Source of the DNA: the human T2T-CHM13v2.0 reference genome, Homo sapiens
Length of the DNA stretch: 64,000 nt
Assembly: GCF_009914755.1 (NCBI RefSeq)
Contig: NC_060942.1
Direction: 5' to 3' (one strand)
Shown: piece after piece, positions 55,754-64,000 of the stretch
How the letters are laid out: every line of letters starts with the position of its first letter
Position numbering within the stretch: position 1 is the first letter of the stretch
The notes under the pieces: model-generated
Seen by the model: the letters and a program-made list of their open reading frames with translations, nothing else
The model's database searches: none
What the model was told of the DNA's origin: nothing
Position numbers and translations under genes: made by a program

Positions 55754-56839
55754 CTCATAATAAGGAGTCTAGGCAGAAACAGACACAAAGGGAAAGTTCC
55801 AGACTCTGTGTATCTGGTCATTTTACACCCATTTTTCTTTATGGGCAGGGTTACTTTTTCATATTTGTAATCTCTGCTATTCCCTTAGTAGAGACCCTGC
55901 TAACAATAAAGGTTGTATTTGTGAAAAAACAAATAAATAAATAAATATCAGGTCATGGAGCAGATTAGAGGATATCTAAGTTTTTTCCAGTTTTTGTAAT
56001 AAAAAAGACATTGTGCTGCATTCATTTTTTGCCTGCATTTTTACCTGAAGACAGTATTATTTAGCAAGGTCAATTACATTTTATCTGAAACATTAACATC
56101 TTATGTACAAATTAATGAGAAAAATAGAGTCATTACAGAAAAATTAACTTATTCATATATCTTGTTTTTAAATAGTTAATCTCAAAAATACATATCAAGT
56201 TTTTATACAATATTCTGTGCCAGATGCAACATATTGTTGTTGTAGGCACTCAGTAAACACCAGTGGAATAAATCAAAGACTATAACATTAAATATTACAA
56301 ACTAAAAATTCTTTGTGGTTGAAAAAACAATAGTAATAAATTACTCATTATTTGTTTTAAAAACTATGTCTTGGCTCACTTATGTTAGCAGTTTAAATGG
56401 TCAGTGGTTCTCCAAGGGTTTGTATTTTTAGAATATGAGAGTCTCCTTTTAAATATTGATTTAGCTTGTGTTTAGATAAAAACCTTTTTACTATATTGTA
56501 ATATTACTGTTAATATCTACCAAAAAATGACTAAAGCTACAACTAATTTAATTTACATTTTATTAATTTTATTGGATTTTATAAATGAGATGATTTTTAT
56601 AAATATTTGAAAATTTGAATAGCTACTTGGACATATTTACTATTCATTTACTTTAAATAATGAATGGAAAATATATAAATTTGTATCTATCAATTAATAA
56701 GTCTATAAAATTTGATGAGTAAATGTAAGATTTCAGAGGTTCCTTGCAATTATTTCAGCCCTCTAAGCTCCTAGCTTACAGGCTGGGCTCCTCTGACCTG
56801 AGGAAAATAAATAATATACCTATAAATACAAAACAGTGC

Positions 56840-56985
56840 TTGCATTTTCTCCATGAGGGCATCATGCTCTCTGGACTGTGACCTCCTTATGAGTATCTTC
56901 ACTCCTCAACACCCAGCATAGCATCTGAAACATAATAAGAACTCAATCCATGTTTATTGCATGAATAAATAAATTGTTGAATTTT
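56840..56985 (+). mobile_element. L2 3' end
   Basis: ctccatgagggc...cccagcatagcatctgaaacataataagaactcaatccatgtttattgcatgaataaat. Confidence 0.6.
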
Positions 56986-58929
56986 ACTAGTTGGCAGGCC
57001 TCTGTAAATTTATTATCCATCACTTTCTCAAGTTATTTTACTACCAGGATCTTTTCTCTGTTATAAGAATTGATGGGTATTCTTTCACCAAGTGAGTGTA
57101 TGTTGGCTGTGAGTGTGGGTGGAGGCAAGGGTGTTCCGAGGAGCAGGTGGAATTCCTGCTGGCACTCAGACCATACTGTAGTGCAGGGTTGTGACCTTAT
57201 TTGTACCACCTCCCTCACAACAAAGAAGGTCTCTGGGAAATGCCCTCTTTAAAGAGGAAGTAACTCTTGAAGTCTAAACTGCATCTTACCAAGGATCCTG
57301 GCATGAGGGAACCCTGGCTTAAGCAGAACCTTATTGGATAAGGCCCCATTCAATGTCAAAAAGCCCCTGTGTTTAGAATTAGGCAGAAAGACATGGAGAT
57401 TTCACAATGGGATATCTAGTCCCATGGAACATTTCCAGATCCAAAAATCTTGTCAATAAAAAGGGCAATCAGAAAAGGAGAATCTTTGGTATGCTGTGAG
57501 GAGTTTGCAGCAACACACACAAAACAACAAGCACATATGCACCAACACACACATACAAGGCAACACACACACACAGGCCAAGAACATCCTCTGAGAAGAA
57601 GATACATAATAGATAAGCAACAATAATAGGTTGTTAAGCAAATATTTAGAGAGGAATACCTAGCATTTAAGAACATTATTTTAGATTCTGGTTGTATACA
57701 TAGATGGCTAGGAAACTTTCCCATCAGGGCCCTCATTCTCAACTTGTGCTGAGGAGGAAAAGCTTATCACAGAGCATCCGAAGATGCCTTGCAGGTGAGT
57801 AACGTAAACCAACTGTTGAAGGAGCACTGGGAAAGCAGCACTCGGCCTTCAGAAAATAATTCTTTTGTGGGCTGATGTGAGCAGGCCAGTGATGATTGCA
57901 AAGCCACCTGCTAGGGTGTGTCCTGGTGAGGAAATGCTGGAGGGAAGAGAATGATAACCCACATGACATACCATTCCTGTGAGGGCCTTTGCAGCCTACT
58001 CCACAGCTGGAGAAGGAAGTTCTCCTGTGTCTCCCACTGGAATAAAATAAGGCTGGGCTAATTACAACAAAGCTAACCCCAAGAACAGTCAGCTGCCAAG
58101 TCCTGTCTCTTTCAGCTCTCCAGGCTTTGGCTTGCTGAGGATTTGGAAAACTATGTTTCCTCTAGGATTATGCATTCTCCGCATTCCTCATCTGCAACAT
58201 CCTCCACATTTCATTAAGACCCATTTCAAATGTTAGTTCCTCTCCAAAGACTTCTCTCACTCTTTAGAACAAATAAGTGTTTTCTCCTACAGAATTTTGT
58301 ACAAATCTCTATTACAGAAATTGTCACATAACATCTTAATTTACATATATTCCTCCAATAGACTTTGTTTGTTAACCCACATGCCTCACTTGTATTCATA
58401 TTCTCAGATCCTAGCATGGTGAGCGCTCAATGAACAATGCATTCTGCTTCCATGTTTGTGTGTGTGTTTCTGACTACTTGGCAACTTACACTGAAAGTGT
58501 CCAAATTGTCTCTGGCAACCCTTTTTGCAGCAGAGGGATTAGCACTACGTTTTTCGACTTCCATGTTCCCAAAGCAATGTCCCTGTCATCTGCTTCAGGA
58601 TCTTTAGATAGTGAGAGGCTGAGATTATTTAAGGAGAGAGCAGAAAAGATATCTAAGGATATTAGAGATATCCATAGATACCTCTAATAAAATAAAGACC
58701 ATCAGGCAACAATCTGGGATTTGGAAAATTAATATCATCAGGCTCAAGTGGCTTCCAGTGGCTATAAGACCATTCATAACCATATATCTGGTTTTATCTC
58801 TCACCACTTCCCTTCATACACGTCATTTCATCTCAATTGCACTATCTGAAGTTATACAAACTCACCAAGATTTCTCCTTCCCCTTATTTAGTTTCTATAA
58901 ACTCTTGCTTGCCTTTTCAACATAGTATC

Positions 58930-59070
58930 TCCATTTTTCAAATGGGAATACATAAGACTTATGAACATTAATTGATTTGGCCAAGGTCACTCGAGATCAA
59001 ATCAAGTGGCCAGGATTTGATCTCAGCTTTGTCTGACTCCAAAGCTTGCTTTCTGTCCTGCTATGCCAAG
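58930..59070 (-). mobile_element. MIR fragment
   Basis: catttttcaaatgggaatac...ccaaggtcac...aagtggccaggatttga...gtctgactccaaagc. Confidence 0.7.
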
Positions 59071-59257
59071 CAATTCCTCTGATTAACAGCAACATTCAAA
59101 TTGTTTCCCATTGCTGAGATGTCATTAACTGGCAATAAGAGTTTAAATAATGGAATACTCTCAGAATCACTGTAGTCTGTACTTATTTATAACGGTTGTG
59201 ATAAATGCATGAGAACATCTTTAGAAATAAAATTTTATTAACCAAGTATCTACATAA

Positions 59258-59390
59258 AAGGTTCTCAAATTTTAAAGTATATCCAGTCCACTTTGGGTGC
59301 TTACTAAAACTATAGTTTTCTGGGCCTCACTCTCTAGAAATGTGGATTTAATCCAACATAAAATAAGGCCTAAGAATTCACAGTTTAAGT
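59258..59390. mobile_element. MER5A-like hAT-Charlie fragment
   Basis: ggttctcaaa...tcactttgggtgcttactaaaac...ctgggcctcactctctaga...ggcctaagaattcacagtttaa. Confidence 0.55.
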
Positions 59391-59486
59391 ACACTTTGGA
59401 AAACAGTTTTCTGTATACTCTATTATGCAAAACATCTTAAGTGTATTTTGGAAACAATTTTCTATACTCTATTATGTAAGACATTT
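59385..59486. repeat. Diverged tandem duplication, ~52-bp unit
   Basis: ttaagtacactttggaaaacagttttctgtatactctattatgcaaaacatc / ttaagtgtattttggaaacaattttctatactctattatgtaagacatt. Confidence 0.8.
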
Positions 59487-59978
59487 ATTGCCATCACATT
59501 TAATACTTCTGGATGGAAGCAAATATTTTCAATGGTAAAATATTTTGTTAAGATTCCGTAGTTTCTGCTTAATATGATTAATATGGGTTAGAGTTGATAT
59601 AACATTGACACAAGATTCCTGATAGAAATAGGTGTTACCTCTCAATCAATATATCTGAATGTATGCAGATTTACCTGGGTGTTCTTCCCACTAACTCTAA
59701 GTCCAAAGTTCTGTGACTCACAATATACAAGTTTGACTGCTTGCATGTGCATTTCCAGAGGTTAGTCATCAGCATTTCCTACCACCTAGCTGATTATATC
59801 ATGGAATTTTGATGATGTTTGCAGTTGCTCTAGTTGAAAAACCCTCCCAAGAACCAGAGCATGTTTTTAAAACCTGTTTCTTGTTGTAACTCTTGCCATA
59901 ATTGCCAAAAATGATTTGCTGCTTACTGGCTGCAACTGCAATGTAATTCTTGAAGTCCCTAGCAGTAGAAAAAAATGC

Positions 59979-59979
59979 T

Positions 59980-60009
<30 letters not shown>
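59979..60009. repeat. (TA)n microsatellite
   Basis: tatacatacatatatatatatatatatatat. Confidence 0.9.
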
Positions 60010-60010
<1 letters not shown>

Positions 60011-60755
60011 ACTGCTTGGGATGAAGGGATGAGGAAATAGATGGCTTTAAAAATACTAATTATTCATTCAAGAAGTTGTAATGAAGTAGAGTTTATATGG
60101 CAGTAACTGTGAGATACGGTCTAGAGAGATGCTCTAAGAACTAAAGTGGCAGAGTTTCTGAAAAAACAGTGCTTTGATTCAATTTAATTCAAAATATTTA
60201 TTATGTTTACACTGGATCCCAGGCAATGGTTAGGAAGCAGAGGGAGGGACCCATGCTCCCCCACTTTAAGGCCCTTTTTACTTCTCAGGGAGCATGTACA
60301 CAGGCTCTAAAGTACAGTTCCTACCATCATCAACACCGGTTCTCATGGCCACACCCTAAGCCTTAGGAAATCATTTTACTTCTATACATCTAAACTCAAA
60401 TATGAAAGTTTTAGGACCACAATCTACTATCCTTCTGAAAATCTCATTCCTTTGCTTGTATTAAAAATACATATGTCTTTTGACCTCACAGACTCCGAAG
60501 TCATACTCTGCATTTCTTCAGAATTAGTCACATAAGGGATCTATTCTTTGCTTCCTTCCCTTTCCAGAACATACCCCATAGTCTGTTTGGATATTCTTGC
60601 CAATGCTCACCTCCACATAATTCTAAGTGTTTCTGGAATTCTCCAACAATCATCTATTTCCAAATTTCTTGGCTTCTTTAGGATTTAATTCCATCTTCTT
60701 AGATCTCTGAACGAAGATTGAAACATACACTTTCTTCTTGAAACTCCACTTTGCT

Positions 60756-61740
60756 TTCATTCATTTATCCATTAATTCAAAAATATTTATTGAGCAATAT
60801 TATATGCTAGGTTCCAAGAACACAGTTTTGATTAAAACGTTTTTCTTGTTCTCATGGATATAACAATCTAGTAGTGAGGACAGAGAGTAATAATCACACA
60901 AATACCTGTAAACTTGGCAACTATGACAGATGTGAAAGAGGAGATGGACAAGGGTCCCAAGAACTCCTTCTGGACTGAATGTGGTAAAAGGTGAGACTGG
61001 AGAGTGGGCAAGTGTTAGACAATGCAGGACCTTGCAGCCCAGACGAAGGACTCTTTTTCCCCTTTATTCTAAAAGTTACCAAGAGGTGTCTTTTTTTAAA
61101 AAACAGATTGATATGCTTAGGTTTGCTCTTTGAAATTATTTTTCCACCTTTAGTGTAGTAAACAGATTGGCAGCTGGCCAGCATAGATGCAGGCCTGTCA
61201 GAAAGTTACAACAATCCTGCTGAAGGACAATAATCACCTGGCTAACATAGTGATAGTCAACATGGAAAAAAGTGAATGAACTTGACAGATATTTTGGATG
61301 TAAAAAATCAATAGACCTTGGTGATGGGTTAAAATAGAAGGGTAGGAAAAAAAGAATGTTGATAATATCTCTTGGGCTTCTCTCTTGCACAACTAGATAG
61401 ATGGGGGTATTATTTTCTGGGAAGTGATCACTGGTGAAGGTGAGAATGAATTTCCAACACATTGAGTTTGAATTGTATTTGAAACTTCCAAGATAAATGT
61501 CAAGTAGGCAATTGGATGTATAGGTTTGGAGTTCAGGAGAAAAGACCTGGACCGGATAGATCTATCTATAAGTTGTTATTTGCATGAGATCACTTTTGGG
61601 AGGGACAACAAACAGGAAAGAGGGACACAGACCCAAGCTTCATGTGACGATACATTGAATGGGTGGTTAGAGAAGAATGTACTGGCGAAGAAACAGAAAA
61701 GTAACAGTCAGAAAGTTGGAAAGAACGTCAGGGGAATTTC
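60756..61740 (-). mobile_element. L2 fragment(s)
   Basis: ttcattcatttatccattaattcaaaaatatttattgagc...gtcaagtaggcaattggatgtataggtttggagttcaggagaaaagacctgg. Confidence 0.8.
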
Positions 61741-62109
61741 AGTGCTCTTCCTATTCTCCTCTCTTCAGGAGTCATATGGAAACTTTTTACCTTGAAGCAT
61801 TGCCTTTGATTTAAATTACATTGGACTGAGCTAGTTCTATGACTTCTTTGAAGCACCTTTCTGTCTCCTTTGCTGACTCTTCTTCTTTCTAAGCAAATGT
61901 GGACAAGCCAGTTTGCTCTTCAGATATTTTCATGTCTTTCTCTTCAGCTCTCCCTAAATGATTTCCTCCACTTACGCGATTTCATTAATACCTTTAAACT
62001 GACGACTTTTATATATGCATTTTTAATCCTCATCTCTATCTTCAGATGGACAAAACATCATCTCATTGAGTTGCTGCACCAATACTATGTATGTACACTA
62101 CTCCAGAAA

Positions 62110-64000
<1,891 letters not shown>

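Overview
AT-rich, CpG-poor human genomic DNA (an AluYa5 with all five diagnostic changes indicates Homo sapiens). No intact cellular protein-coding sequence is recognisable. The window looks intronic or intergenic and is dominated by transposons: 13 Alus (J, S, Y, Ya5), L1PA/L1PB/L1MA/L1ME/HAL1 fragments, L2, MIR, a MADE1 MITE, solo LTRs (MLT2, MER57, MST) and a ~5.7 kb deleted-type HERV-H provirus (LTR7 family, minus strand, 40801-46531) nested inside a minus-strand L1PA. Most ORFs in the track are chance ORFs or decayed L1/HERV-H/Alu translations. I did not find a new biological system. The most notable signals are retrotransposition and repair scars: a likely L1 3' transduction (54627-55958); a perfect 134-bp tandem duplication abutting the AluYa5 target site; ~0.9 kb of L1 ORF2 missing exactly at the HERV-H junction with no 5-bp TSD; strongly uneven 5'/3' LTR divergence; a ~93-bp inverted duplication in the HERV-H leader; and several short fold-back (template-switch) insertions. 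There are also candidate non-coding exons and NF-kB/ETS motif clusters. Repeat subfamily calls and comparisons to consensus are from memory and need RepeatMasker/Dfam confirmation.
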